A stretch of DNA of 33,384 nt, from NCBI RefSeq assembly GCF_004010195.1, contig NC_057717.1:41791874-41825257 (forward strand). The letters run 5' to 3'. Below the pieces are notes generated by a model, which had not been told where the DNA came from, did no database searches, and saw only the letters and a list, made by a program, of their open reading frames with translations. Positions 11,380 through 24,234 of this stretch are shown here, in pieces. Positions within the stretch are counted from its first letter, which is position 1, and each line of letters begins with the position of its first letter. Made by a program: the position numbers and the translations under genes. The DNA comes from Chiloscyllium plagiosum (Eukaryota).

Positions 11380-12020
11380 GCATGGTTTGTAAGTTTGCAC
11401 GTAACACCAACATTGGTGGTATAATTGGCAGTGAAAGTTATCTAAATGTAGAATGAGATCTTGATCAGCTGGGCCAATGAGCTGAGGAGTGGCAGATGGA
11501 GTTTAATTTAAATGAATACGACGTGTTGCTTTTTGAGAAGTCAAATCAGGTCACAACTTACAGAGTTAATGGTAGGGCACTGGATAGTGATGTTGAACAC
11601 AGGGCCCTGAGGGTCCAGACTCATAGAGTCTTACAGAGTTNNNNNNNNNNNNNNNNNNNNNNNNNNNNNNNNNNNNNNNNNNNNNNNNNNNNNNNNNNNN
11701 NNNNNNNNNNNNNNNNNNNNNNNNCTAGTGTGTTGAAGGCGTTTGGCACATGTACCCTCATTGGTCAGAGCGCTGAGTGCAGGAGTTGGGGCTTGATGTT
11801 GTAACTGTCCAAAACATTGGAAGGAATTGCCAGAGGAAGTGGTAAATGCAGAGATAGGTCCAACATTTAGAAGACATTTGAACAGCTACAGGAACTGGAT
11901 AGGTCTGGATGGATATGGACCAAAGGCAGGCAAGTGGAATTAGCTTAATTTGGGAACTCTGGTCAGCATGGATGAGCTGGATCAAAGGATCTGTTTCTGT
12001 GCTGTATGACTTTATGACTC
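11380..12020 (+). mobile_element. CR1-clade LINE 3' fragment (RT C-terminus and 3' UTR), spans a gap
   Basis: aagtttgca (KFA of KFADD), WQMEFNLNEYDVLLFEKSNQ, and a typical CR1 3' UTR ending ctgtttctgtgctgtatgactttatgact. Confidence 0.8.
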
Positions 12021-12654
12021 ACTGACTTTAAGGTGAAGTCGGCTCAAAGTTGGGAGGTGGTGAGCAAGTGAGGGGCTAGATTGGGCATGTGGGAGAGTTT
12101 AGCCTGGTAGGTTGTGAGGTGTTGGCTGGCTGCTGGGTAAGCTTGTATGCACACTATCTGGCAAGGTGGCATCAAGGTAAATGGTAATGGTCACAGGATA
12201 ATTTTTTCGAATTGTCTTGGTAGGTGAGGGGTGGTTTGAGCTGAAATGCAGGAAGTCTGTCTTTACCATGCTGGTTTATGGAGAGGTGGCCAGGAGGCCA
12301 GGCTGGTTAGTGTAGAGGTGGGCAGAGTGCCAGGATGTTTCAGGGGTGGAAGGTCACTGTAATGAAGTGATAGGTGGACGTGTTGAAAAAATGCAAAGCT
12401 CGTAGTCTGTCAAAATGGTAGGTTGTAAAGCACAGATGCAAAAGGAGCTCGGATGCAATGTGCACAGGTTTACTTGGGTAAGATGAGAGGTCACTGATCA
12501 AGGGCTGAGGTCATGTCTTTGGTCGCGGGCTATTGTCAGAGGTTGTAAAAATGATGGTGCCAGGTCCAGTCAGGGCCAGATTCTCCATGGGCCAGGTGCA
12601 GGGTGGCAGAAGTGTAAATGAGTGAAAGGAATTGAGATCATATGTCCATCTGGA

Positions 12655-13322
12655 ATATAGAACATTGCAGTGCAGTACAGGCCCTTCAGCCCTCAATGTT
12701 GCGCTGACCTACGGATCCAATCTGAAGCCTATCTACCCTACACTATTCCAATTTCATCCATATGTTTATCCAATGACCTTTTAAATGCCCTTAAAGTTGG
12801 CGAGTGTACTATTGTTGCAGGCAGTGCGTTCCATGCCCCGACTTCTCTCTGAGTAAAGAAACAACCTCTGACATCTGTCATCTATATCCTCTCCTGCTAG
12901 CCATCACTATTCAAGGAAAAAGACTTTCACTGTCCACCCTCTGTTAATCTTTTATGCCTCAATTAAGTCACCTCTCAACCTTCTTCTCTCAAACAAAAAC
13001 AGCCTCAATACCCTCATCCTTTCCTTATTAAACCTTCCCGCCATTCCAGACAACATCCTGGTAAACCTCCTCTGAACTCTTCCAAAGCTTCCACATTCTT
13101 TCTATAATGTGGTGACCAGAATTGTGCACAATACTCCCAAGTGTGGCCACACCAGAGTTTTGTACAGCTGCAGCCTAACCTCGTGGTTCTGAAACTTAGT
13201 CCCTCTCTCGATGAAAGCCAACACAAAGTATGCCTTCTTAACAACTCTATCAAACTGGCTGGTAACTTTTAGGGATCTATGTACTTGGACACCGAGATCT
13301 CTCTGCTCAGCTACACTACCAA
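12655..13322 (-). mobile_element. CR1-clade LINE 3' fragment
   Basis: Minus-strand peptide EYCAQFWSPHYRKNVEALE. The 3' UTR lies at 12655-12700. Confidence 0.85.
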
Positions 13323-13759
13323 AATGGATTGCCTTGGATGTGTTTCGTGTGATAGGGGTTGTGGGTTCCGTGCATGAATGGGTGTATAGCAGGGGAGGGT
13401 TTGTCCATGTGAGTGGAAATTTAGGTCTGGACAGAGTAAGTGCAGTGGTTAGTCTGAAAGATGAGGTTTGGTGGTGAACTGCGTGTTAGTTTGATAGTTA
13501 TTAACGCTAAAGATTACTTTTTCATTTCTCAAATCATATGTATGTAAACACTCATCTGTAACACTCCAAAGTCTCTGAACCTTAATGGTCCTCCATTTTT
13601 CAGAGGCCTCCAGAATTCAAATAATTGTAAATTAGAAGTTTCAACTTCCAGACAATTGGCATGAGTTCAGCCGTGACAGCCATCCTCCCCGTCCCAGTGC
13701 TCAGCTCCTGCCTGTGCTGCTGCAGCAGTGACCTTCCTCCCAGAGAGAACATTCTGCCT

Positions 13760-14088
13760 TGCATTGATAAGTGAGGAAGGCTCACTGGACCTGATTTCCA
13801 AGTATGGGGACGGCAAACACGAGGGGACACAACTTTAGAGTGAGGGGAGATAGGTATAAGACAGATGTCAGAGGTAGTTTCTTTACTCATTGAGTTGTAA
13901 GGGTATGGAATGCTTTGCCTGCAACGGTAGTAGATTCACCAAGTTTAAGTACATTTAAATCATCATTGGACAGGCATGTGGACGTACATGGAATAGTATA
14001 GGTGGGATGGGCTTCAGATTAGTATGACAGGGCAGCGTAATATCGAGGGCCGAATGGCCTGTACTGCGCTGTTCTATGTTCTATGATT
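13760..14088 (+). mobile_element. CR1-clade LINE 3' end
   Basis: acgaggggacacaactttagagtgaggggagataggtataagacagatgtcagaggtagtttctttactca...gggccgaatggcctgtactgcgctgttctatgttctatg. Confidence 0.85.
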
Positions 14089-14151
14089 CACTCTGATTTA
14101 TCTGCGGGGGTACTGCCAGCTGTTGGGTATTTCCAGCAGCACGGCACCTAA

Positions 14152-14466
14152 TGGGGCGGCACACTGGTTCCGTGGTTAGTGCTGCTGCTTCACAGTGCCA
14201 GGGATTCAGGTTCCATTCCAGCCTCGGGTGACTGTCTGTGTGGAGTTGGCACTTTCTCCCCATGTCTGTGTGCGTTTACTCCCACAGTCCAAAGATGTGC
14301 AAGCTGGGGGAATTGCAAATGTTGTGTTCAGTGATTGGGAGGTTCGGTGCATTAGTCAGGGTTAACTGCAGCATAATAGGGTACGGGAATGGATCTGGAT
14401 GCGTTACTTTTCAGAGGGTGGGAGTGGATTTGTTGGGCCAAATGGCCTGTTTGCACACACTGTAGA
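14152..14466 (+). mobile_element. HE1-like SINE, diverged
   Basis: gggcggcacactggttccgtggttagtgctgctgcttcacagtgccaggg...ggcctgtttgcacacactgtag. Confidence 0.8.
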
Positions 14467-14815
14467 ATTTCGATGAATCTGCATTTCGTTGGTTTGTATT
14501 TTGTGAAACGTCTCTGCTTTTCACAGTAATCCAGTGAAAGTGTTAGTTGGTGAGATCTTCAAACAGTTACTGGGGTGTGATCAGGATGTTCTTCTTCCTA
14601 AATTATATGGCAAAGGTCAAGGTCGAGGGCAAGTTTCTAAAGTGGGAACCAATGATCATGATCAGCAACTGGTAGGAAACAGAAATAAACTCCAGTTATG
14701 CTGTCGACTTCAGCGGGAGCATACTGGCAAACGTTTACAGCTGAGGATACATTTGAGTAACTGATAAGGTCAAATTAACAGAAACTAACATGCTCAATTG
14801 GTCATTCTATTGTAG

Positions 14816-15121
14816 AGACACCATCTCCCCCCACGCTTTATGGCCTGGTCTCCTCCTGTCAGGAGCACAACACCGGTTCTGTGATCTTTGGTTGTTTGGC
14901 GATGGACTATTCCCCTGACGTCACCAAGGTAACCTGGAAGAAAGGTGGGGAGCTAATCACGACTGGATTGAAGACTTACCCATCAGTGAGAAACAAGAAG
15001 GGAACCTACACCCTGAGCAGCCAGTTAACCCTGCCCGAGTCAGCGGTAGGTTGCTCCAGCAAAATCTACTGTGAGGTTCAACACAGTGGGTCACACAAAA
15101 GCAAAGAAATGCCATGTCCAG
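14816..15121 (+). CDS. IGHM: IgM heavy-chain constant exon 1 (Cmu1)
   Basis: Branch point actaac 14784-14789, acceptor ctattgtAG, donor GTACGT at 15122; in frame with JH. Translation: [112 protein letters not shown] and [17 protein letters not shown] are hallmarks of shark Cmu1. Confidence 0.95.
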
Positions 15122-15194
15122 GTACGTGTTGTGGGAATTGAGATAAACAGAGCATCTGGGATTAACATTAATAAGGCATTATTTATAACCGTTT

Positions 15195-17560
15195 TCGCAG
15201 AATCACCTTATACAGCACAGGAAAAAGGCCCTTTGATCCATCCAGTTCACGCCTATCAATAACAGCCACCTAACTATCACAGTCTTATGTGCCAGCACAT
15301 GATCCATTGCCTTGTGTGACTTGACTTTGCAAGGATGCATCTCAATACTTCATACTTATTATGAGGGGCTCAGTCTCTACATGACTTATAGGTACTGAGC
15401 TCCAGGCTAACACTACCCTCTGTTTGATTTTGTTTTCTCCTGAGATCCACTTGGGACCTCCTAGCCTTACCTTCACCCAATGCCCCTGAGGCATTGATCT
15501 CTCCATCAAGGGGAAAGGTTTCATCCAGTTTACCCTGTCTATGCATAAAATAATTCGAGACATCATGATAATCTTCTCCATAATTCTCCTCTGCTCCAAG
15601 GAAAACCCCTGTCTATCTAATCTAGTTTCATAACTAAAACCCTCCAACCCAGGCAAGATCCTGGCAAATCTCATCAATACTGCCTTCAGTGTAATCACCT
15701 TTCTTCGATAACATGCACACAACGCTTCAGTATGGCCTAACTCGTGTTCTATTAAGTTCCAGTATCATCTCCCTAATCTTCATTGTCAATACCTAGGCTA
15801 ATAAAAGCAAATATCCTGTCACTTTTTTAGCCTCTTTATCCAGATGACACAGTACTATAGGGGATCGGTAGGTACATGCACCAAAGATCCTCAGGCCTTT
15901 CCAGGTTTCCACCATTCAAAACGTCATACCTCAAAGATTCTTCTGCCGAATTACATCACCTTACATTTATCCAGAATAATTTCCATTTGCAACTTCTCTT
16001 CACATACAACCAACCCTTGTATATCCTCCTCCAATCTAAAGCTATTATATTCATGACTTACCAACATGACAGTTTTCATTTCATCTGTGAATTCACTGGT
16101 TAATCCTCCTAAATTTGAGTCTCAATCATTGGTATGNNNNNNNNNNNNNNNNNNNNNNNNNNNNNNNNNNNNNNNNNNNNNNNNNNNNNNNNNNNNNNNN
16201 NNNNNNNNNNNNNNNNNNNNNNNNNNNNNNNNNNNNNNNNNNNNNNNNNNNNNNNNNNNNNNNNNNNNNNNNNNNNNNNNNNNNNNNNNNNNNNNNNNNN
16301 NNNNAGATCCAATCTGTCAAATTAACTCGGATCCCCTTGGCTCTGATTATTGCTATCATCTGGACATCGAGTTATCTCTATGAAAACTACTATCAAATTG
16401 TTACACATTACTTCCTCTCAATAAAACCGTGCTGAAAATTGTGGATTTATCTTCCAAATGAAGACTAATTTCACTTCTCAATAGTTTCCCTACCACTGAG
16501 ACTATCTTGACAGACCTATGTTTTCATTATTTATCCCTTCCTTCGTCCTGCATAACAGTGCAACGTTGGCTGATCTACACTCACTTGGCACAACTATTGT
16601 GGCCAGACAGTAATTCTACATTATTGTCAGTGACACAACTATTTCATCTTTTGCATCGCTCAATCGCTTGGTATACTTTTCATCTGCCCTGGAAATATAA
16701 CCACTTTTCATTCAGCAAGACAACACAGAACATCACGTCATGTGTCCTAATTTCTGAAAACTACATCACAACACCCCTCCATGATTTCTGTCCCCTCATT
16801 GTCCCTCTTACTAGTGAACACTGACACAACACATTCGTTTTGACCACAACCTAATCCTCCGGCTCCACTCCAAAAATAACACGTAATGGGCATTACTGTT
16901 TCCCGAATAATTCTTTTATTATGAATGAGCCTGTAACTTTAAAAAATATTTTCCTTTATTTTGACTGCTATTGTTTTCTCATGGTCCCTTTTGCTCTCCT
17001 TTGTCTTTCAAACTCCCCCTTGCATGTTCTGTACTCCATACTAATTTCTATTGTTTTGAGGTTTCAGTATAGACCAGAAGCCTCCCTTGTTTCTCTTTAT
17101 CTCACCCTCCATGCCCTTTGGTGTCCAGAGCCCGCTGCATTCTTGGTCCCACGCAGTGGCTTCCTGGGAAATGTCCTCCCTGTGATTTTCCTATGTCTTT
17201 CTTAAATGTGTCACACTGCTCTAACTCAGGTTTACCAATAAGTGTCAGCTTCCAGTCCACTCTGGTCAAGTCATTACCTGATCTTACTAAAATTGTCCTT
17301 CCCCTTTTCAGAACTTTGGGCCAATTTCTATTCCTTTGCAGTACAATCTGAAATCCAACTGATTTACCATCACTGTCTGCAAAGTGCTCCACCATTGGTG
17401 TTTTACCCACTGGGTCGACTTCATTCCCTAAAGTTAAGTTCCGGTTCACCCCTCTCTTGCAAGGTCTGGATTAAAATTCTCTGTATTAAACACATACTTT
17501 GTTCAAATATTCTCCTAGGGGCATTTTCAGAATTGTGTTCCCTCTAAATTTTTGACAAAA
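15195..17560 (-). mobile_element. Old, fragmented CR1-clade LINE sequence, spans a gap
   Basis: Minus-strand peptides RFARILPGLEGFSYETRLDR and KGRTILVRSGNDLTRVDWKLTLIGK resemble CR1 ORF2. Boundaries are approximate. Confidence 0.65.
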
Positions 17561-17561
17561 T

Positions 17562-18061
17562 NNNNNNNNNNNNNNNNNNNNNNNNNNNNNNNNNNNNNNN
17601 NNNNNNNNNNNNNNNNNNNNNNNNNNNNNNNNNNNNNNNNNNNNNNNNNNNNNNNNNNNNNNNNNNNNNNNNNNNNNNNNNNNNNNNNNNNNNNNNNNNN
17701 NNNNNNNNNNNNNNNNNNNNNNNNNNNNNNNNNNNNNNNNNNNNNNNNNNNNNNNNNNNNNNNNNNNNNNNNNNNNNNNNNNNNNNNNNNNNNNNNNNNN
17801 NNNNNNNNNNNNNNNNNNNNNNNNNNNNNNNNNNNNNNNNNNNNNNNNNNNNNNNNNNNNNNNNNNNNNNNNNNNNNNNNNNNNNNNNNNNNNNNNNNNN
17901 NNNNNNNNNNNNNNNNNNNNNNNNNNNNNNNNNNNNNNNNNNNNNNNNNNNNNNNNNNNNNNNNNNNNNNNNNNNNNNNNNNNNNNNNNNNNNNNNNNNN
18001 NNNNNNNNNNNNNNNNNNNNNNNNNNNNNNNNNNNNNNNNNNNNNNNNNNNNNNNNNNNNN
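17562..18061. other. Assembly gap (exactly 500 N); other gaps at 11641-11724, 16137-16304, 26343-26532 and 31327-31768
   Basis: Runs of N. Confidence 1.
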
Positions 18062-18722
18062 TTCTCACAAGTTCTCTGTCAGGCTGAACATCCCTTCACA
18101 TAGGTTTCCAAGTGGACACATGGAGCAAGCGATTACATGGATGCTGGGGATTCAGGGACAGATTTCCCTTTTGCTGGGCTAGAGTTCTGGCCAAGGTAAT
18201 GAACGTGGATTTCTGACATTTTGAAACTTACTCAGGATTCTTGCGACTTTAATAATTAAACTAAAATTCAATTTGCCCTAGCAAAGCATGATTAATTTTT
18301 CACTCTTTATAAAAAAAACCATGCCTCGTGCCCTTGGATGTAGTAATGCAGAAGATTGTTGACGTTGTGTACAGTGTGGGTCATTGTGCCGTATGAACAT
18401 TCCAAAGGATGCTGGTGAAGTACCAGTGAATCGAATTCTCTGACGAATTGATACCGGCAGAAGGAAAATCCCAGTACAGTGGCGACATAACATTGCCTGT
18501 GATCAACGCAGGAAGCCACGGTAAACGAACACAGAATTCAATAATGCCTATTTTCACCACATTTTATTATGTCATTCTCCTGAACCTGATGCTCCATAAT
18601 TGATGATCCATCAACATTATAACCTCCTCTGTGTTTCATTTCAGATCTTCAGCTAAAAAGGAATAATTGGTTTGAGGGGCCCAGTGGTAAGATCAGTAGC
18701 CATTGGTCATCAGTACACGGCA

Positions 18723-18817
18723 GCTCCAGTGGTGCAATTCGTCAGTTTGCTGTTTATGCACGACAGACCGGAAGTGTGTAAGGTGCCAAAGTTGCACATT
18801 CGGTTCTCGCCAGGTGT
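18723..18817 (+). pseudogene. Decayed intron-containing tRNA-Ile(TAT)-derived pseudogene
   Basis: 5' GCTCCAGTGGTGCAAT matches vertebrate tRNA-Ile(TAT) GCTCCAGTGGCGCAAT at 15/16. An intron-sized insert follows. The 3' part TGCCAAAGTTGCACATTCGGTTCTCGCCAGGTGT compares with TGCCGAGGTTGTGAGTTCGATCCTCACCTGGAGC. TTTT is at 18821. The anticodon arm is destroyed. Confidence 0.7.
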
Positions 18818-18989
18818 TGGTTTTACTGATAGTGATTGCAACTTCAAGCTGAGGAACAGTTCAAACACCGAATATTACACCGCAATAAAGTTCATTTTGG
18901 CCCTAACGTTGCACTGACCTGTGATACCAATCTGACTAGTATTTTACCATCATAATCCGCAAGTTTATACATTGACCATTTCATTGACC

Positions 18990-21900
18990 TGAAAGTTGTT
19001 GAGTCTACGAGTGTTGAAGGCAAAGCGTTCAGCACCCTGACTACTCACTGATAAAGGAACCTACCTCGGTATCTATCACCCTCAATTTACATCGATGTGC
19101 CCTTGTGTCAAAATTACCATTTGAAGAAAAATGCCTTCACTGTCCACCTTATGGCAACTTCTGATCATCTTCTTTGTCTCTCTAAATTCACCCCTCAAAC
19201 TTCTTGTCGCTATCAAAAACCGCCTCAAGTCCCTCAACCTTTCCTCGTAAGACCATCTCTCCATAGAAGGCAACATCCTAGAAAATGTCCTCTGCACCCT
19301 TTCCAATGCTGTCACATCCATCGTATAATGTGGCGACCAGAAATGCACGCAACTGTACGAGTGCGGCCACACCAGTTAATTTCTGGAGCTGCAAAGTGAT
19401 AATTTCACTCTGAAACTGAAGCACTCTCCCAAGAAAAACTACTTGCAAACAAACCTGTCAACATGGGTGGTAACTTTCCGAGTTTTATATACATGGGCAC
19501 CGAGATCGCTCGGCACATCTACACTTCCAAGAATATTATAATTAGCCAAGAACTCTTTATTCTTGTTGTTCCTCTGAAGTAAATTATCTCACACTTTTCC
19601 ACATTAAAATGCATTTGCCACTTCTGAGGTCAGCTCTACAGATTATCCATGCCCCTCTGTAACCGTCAGCAGATATTGGCACTATTGACAACATCGTCGA
19701 TCTTAATGTCTTCTGTAAATTTACGAATCCATCATTCCATGCCCTAATCCAGATCATTTATAAAAATGACAAACAACAGCGGACACAAAGTTGGAACCTT
19801 GTAGTACACCATCAGTTACTGAACTCCAGGATTATCATTTCTCATGAACTGCCACACTCTGTCTTCTTTCAGCGAGCCAATTTCTGATCCAAACCGCTAA
19901 ACCACCCTCAATCCCATGACTCTGTATTTCATGCAACAGCCGACAGTGCCTTACTGAAAACCATATCCACCACATCAACCACTTTACTCTCATCCACCTG
20001 TTTGCTCACCTTCTCAAAGACCTCAATGAGGTTTGTGAGGCACAACCTGATATTCATAAAATCGTACTCACTATCCCGAATCAACTTCTTCCTTTTTCGA
20101 TGATCATAATTCCTATCTCTCATAGTCTGTTCCAAAACGTTAGCTGCAAGAAAGCTAAGGATCACTGTTCTATAATTAGCAGCATTGTCTCTACTTCCCT
20201 TCGTGAAGAAGGGGACAATATTTGCTAAACTCGGGTCTTCTAGCACTAATGACATAAACACTGACGCAATAAAGGTTATAGTCAAAAGTTCTGCAATCTC
20301 CTCCCACGATTCGCAGAGAGTCCTCGGATACATCCCATCAAGTCCAGGGGGCAAATCTATTTTTAGACTTTCATGAATTGCTAACAACTCCTCTTTATGA
20401 ATGCCAATTTCGTTTATTAGCTTTTCCCTGAACAAGCTCCATATTTCAGGTGTGCACAACCGTTGAAGTTACTTTCCACATGTGGTGCATCTTAACTCTT
20501 GCCTAATCGCATCATAATGGCCTTTCTCCCCGCGATACCTCATGCTCTGCAATAAATACCTATTCCTATCCATCACTAAATAAACATAACCGAATTGTGG
20601 TCACTATCAACAAAGTGCTCACTGACCTCCAAAGAGAACAGCTGGCTGAGTTCATTACCCATCAGCAAATCCAGTGTGGCTTTGCGTCTTGTTGGCCTGT
20701 CTACATGCAGCGTCAGGAAACCCTCCTGCACACATTGAACAAAAACTGACCTATCTGAGGTGCTGAGCCGATAACATTTCCAATCAATATTTGGAAAGTT
20801 AAAGCTCCCCATAACAACTACCCTGTCACTTTTGCTCCGATCCAGAATCATCTTTGCAATCTTTTCCTCCATATATCTAGAACATTTTTGTGGTGACCTC
20901 TCCATTCCTGAATTTAATCTCAGTCCATTCTACCTCAGCAGATTCAGTCGCGTCCTCACCAATATCCTTTTTGCTAACAAAATACTGTCCTTGACGAATA
21001 ATGCCACATCTCCCCCTCTGAAACGACCCTCCTGTTCTGACTGAAAAATCGAAACTGAGGTACCAGGAACAACCATTCCCTTCAGTCCTCCGGTCAAGTC
21101 TCTGAAATGGCCACATCATCGAAGTCCCAGGTTACAACACATGGCACCCACCCTATCCTAGATGCTTCCGGCGTTGAAGCAAACACACTTCAAGCCACCT
21201 TCATCCTTGCCAGTACACTCTTTTAAACCTGAAACGCTATTTATGACAAAACCACTCACAACCACCTGCAAACTGGAGCTACAATTCAGCTTCCCACTCC
21301 GCGGCTGAATTCGTTCAAAACCTCATGAAGAGCTTTGGCAAATTGTCCCCTCAGGGTATTGGTACTCTTCTACTTCGGGTGAAGTCCATCCTGTTTGTAA
21401 AGATTCATCGACTCCAGTATGAGCCCCAACTATCCAGGTATCGGAATCTCTCCCTCCTGCACCATCCTTGCAACAACATTTTCAAATGCTCTCTCCCGAC
21501 ACTTCACCTCACTACGACGTAGAATGGGCAAAAAATCAGAGAGAACAACTCTGTTTGTTCTAGATTTAAGATGTCGCTCTCGATCCCTGAAATTCTGCCA
21601 TACATCCACATCACTTTTATTACTGATGTTGGTGCATATGTGGACAATGACTTGGGGTTGCCCACCCTCTCCCTTAAGAATCCTGAAAACACGATTCGAG
21701 ACATCACAAACCCTGGTAGCTGGGAGACAACACACCAATCATGAGTCTGCCCTATATCCACAGAATCTCAATCTGTTCCCATCGATATGGAGTCCCCAAT
21801 AACAAATGCTCTCCTCCTCTCTCCCCCACCCCTCTGAGAAAAAGGGGAAAACTCTGTGCCAAAGACCTATACCCAATGGCTTTCCCCTCGTAAGTCATCC

Positions 21901-22235
21901 CGCCCAAAAATAACAAATATGGTGTGCATGTTACAGAGGGGCACGGCCACAGCAGATGCCTGCACTGTCTGCCTGCCTGTTAGCGTTTCGGCTCCCGACT
22001 GTATCCCATCTATCTATTTCTTGTACCTGAAGTGTTACTGCCTCCCTATAATTTCGCTCAATTCCACTCAGACTCCAAATGATCTGACATCAAGCTACAA
22101 TTCCCGAACGTAGTTGCCGAGGTTTTTGAGTTGGGTGCATTTCCCGCAGATGTGGATATCTGGGACATTATTGAAGACCCTTACCTCTCACATTCTACAG
22201 AAAGGAATTTCAAATGTCCGGGAATCCATTCCTAA
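18990..22235 (-). mobile_element. Near full-length, internally deleted and inactivated CR1-clade LINE (ORF1 Zn-finger/esterase, ORF2 APE plus RT)
   Basis: ORF1 peptides VPDIHICGKCTQL and MVCCLPATRVCDVSNRVFRILKGEGGQPQVIVHICTN. APE peptides VVVMGSFNFPNIDW and TLDLLMGNE...SDHN. RT peptides PPGLDGMYPRTL, KGSRDNAANYRTV, CLTNLIEVFEKV and CVHFWSPHY. Confidence 0.9.
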
Positions 22236-22244
22236 TATTGTCCA

Positions 22245-22370
22245 CATACACACACTCACATATATATAAATGTATATATGTTCATATATGTATATATATA
22301 TATATGAACATATATATATTTATATAAAAATGTTTGTGCACTTGCGTGTATGCGTGTGCATATATATTTA
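22245..22370. repeat. (CA)/(TA) microsatellite containing a ~65-bp imperfect palindrome
   Basis: tataaatgtatatatgttcatatatg...tatatatgaacatatatatatttata (22261-22326) is nearly self-complementary. Confidence 0.85.
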
Positions 22371-23542
22371 AAAGTTGCAAAAGAAAGTTGATTGAAACGG
22401 CATTTATTTTTTAAAAAATAATTTTGTGGAATATTCTGTCGTTGGGAAATACCTCAGTTACTTATAACCAGCAGAAATACTCCCTGAGTAAATATCCATC
22501 TCTCAATAGAGATACAGAGGTGACGTTTGAAGATGTTGACGTTTCTCATATCGCTGATCCTGCGCTGGGTTAAATTCTGGAAAGGATGGTTAATTCGTTT
22601 CATGTTACTTATTTTGTTGCAACCTCGCACAGGCCAGTAAAACAATCCAAAAATTATTAGATTTAACTCATTGGACAATGTTGTCAGCAAAACTGGAACC
22701 GAAATGCTAAAGATGTTTCAAGTACTGCTTTAAAGATTATAGGATTCAAACACGAACATTTTTCGAGTATTGTCACTGGATATTTTGGGGGGAGAGGGTG
22801 AGCAGCAAATGGTCTCACTCCCTTTTCTGTGATTGCAGCCCAATGTCCAAGGCAATACATGAAAAGAAATGGTGCATTCCATGACAGGTTATTTCCCACT
22901 CACTATAGTATAATTTTGCTTTGATTGTCGCCATCGTATAAAGGGTTAGGTGAGTGGGGAGATCGGGATTCTGGTGGTAAGCTTAATCCCAAACTGTTGG
23001 CATCATTTTATATCATAAACCATTTATGCAGCGGACTGAGCTTACCGACTTCCCTTTAATGCTGAGCTAACAGAAACAGCTCAGTTCTTTTTCAATTTAT
23101 GGAAGTTCACGTAGAACAAGCTGCTAAACCTTTCTTCACAACCAGCACTTTCTACACTTAGTCGTACTCAGTTGGAGGTCATATGTGGTATATTTCCAAT
23201 TAACATTGACCAATTAGAAATTGTGCACCTAACGCTTACCCGACCCGGCCGACCAGACTCCCTGTCTTGGTGAAATTCACTCATTATGTTTCTGCACGCA
23301 TTTTTACAAATACTTTAGAATCAGCTTCTGACACATTTTACTGAAAAATAATCATTTTCGATTTCAATTACTGTAGAATGAAAAAAAAAGTGCTCCAAAC
23401 TTTTCCTTATCATTCATCGCTGGTTTTGAAGTTCGAAATTTCTAGTTATATATCCATCTGAATGAAGGATTTTCCCTCCTGTTTACTCTCAGCAAATTCA
23501 CATCATCAGGGAAACTTCCATATGGACGCAACTCAGTTTTAC

Positions 23543-23816
23543 CTGGTTTCACACCACATAACCTATTCGTCTGTTCCACCATCCCATGAAACCCCGCCTT
23601 GTCTTTTATAAAGGCGTTATGCCCCAGTACTTCGTTGGCTTCCTTTCCATTCTTTTTTGTTTCCCAGTAGACGCTGTCCATTCTTCCTGACGTCTTTTGA
23701 TTCCAGTCATAGGCATCCACGTCTTTTATCATCTCTTTTATATCCCAGGGAAGTCCATCTTGAGAAAGAATGCTGTTCCAATGCAACACAGGAAAACCCG
23801 CTCGAATGGTGTATAC
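23543..23816 (-). pseudogene. Exon-like relic, possibly an MHC class I-like alpha2 domain (frameshifted)
   Basis: 274 nt between ctcccatcttccctataaAG and a CAG|GTAAAA donor. It begins GT ATA CAC (GIH), contains WDIKEMI...WN and ends KP+G, resembling shark class I alpha2. Identified by eye only. Confidence 0.35.
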
Positions 23817-24234
23817 CTTTATAGGGAAGATGGGAGCTAGTTCAGTCACAGGTGAATCGGTTTGTTGTCACACAATGGATCAACCACTGACTGGGAAATG
23901 ACTGTTTTTCTTCACTTTTCTCCCCTCTCTGAACATGTGCTAAAACAACACAGTAAGGTCTCATAGAATGCCGACAGTTAAGAAACTGGCCACTGACAGT
24001 TAAGAAACAGAACAATTCCTTACCCTATTACTCTTCATTTGTTCCTGAATAAGGCACCTTACTGACAGTCGACCTATTTGGATTCATGCCATGTTTCAGG
24101 CTCTGCGAGGCAGCAGTGCTAAGCAGTGAGCCCTGCAGCAATATTTCAAGGCACATGCGGACGCGTGTAAAATGCGTTCCTTGCCAAAGATGCTCCGCTT
24201 TAGTTGTTGTCCTTATCAGGAACAATAATCCTGA

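Noticed and set aside
6439-14466. tRNA-like A/B boxes and CACAGCG/CACAGTG heptamers inside SINE heads, read as tRNA genes or extra RSS
   Set aside because: They belong to the SINE consensus. No correctly spaced nonamer or adjacent D/J coding sequence was found.
2535-15121. IgNAR, IgW or germline-joined IgM1gj identity
   Set aside because: The V has a full FR2 and CDR2, there are two D segments, the segments are unjoined, and CH1 carries IgM-type motifs.
22970-23260. Additional tRNA-like stretches (22970-23050 and 23215-23260, minus strand)
   Set aside because: They are too degenerate to assign. The first looks like an old SINE head.
23442-23849. The 135-aa ORF as a standalone gene
   Set aside because: It starts at GTG and overruns apparent splice sites at both ends. 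It is better treated as an exon relic.
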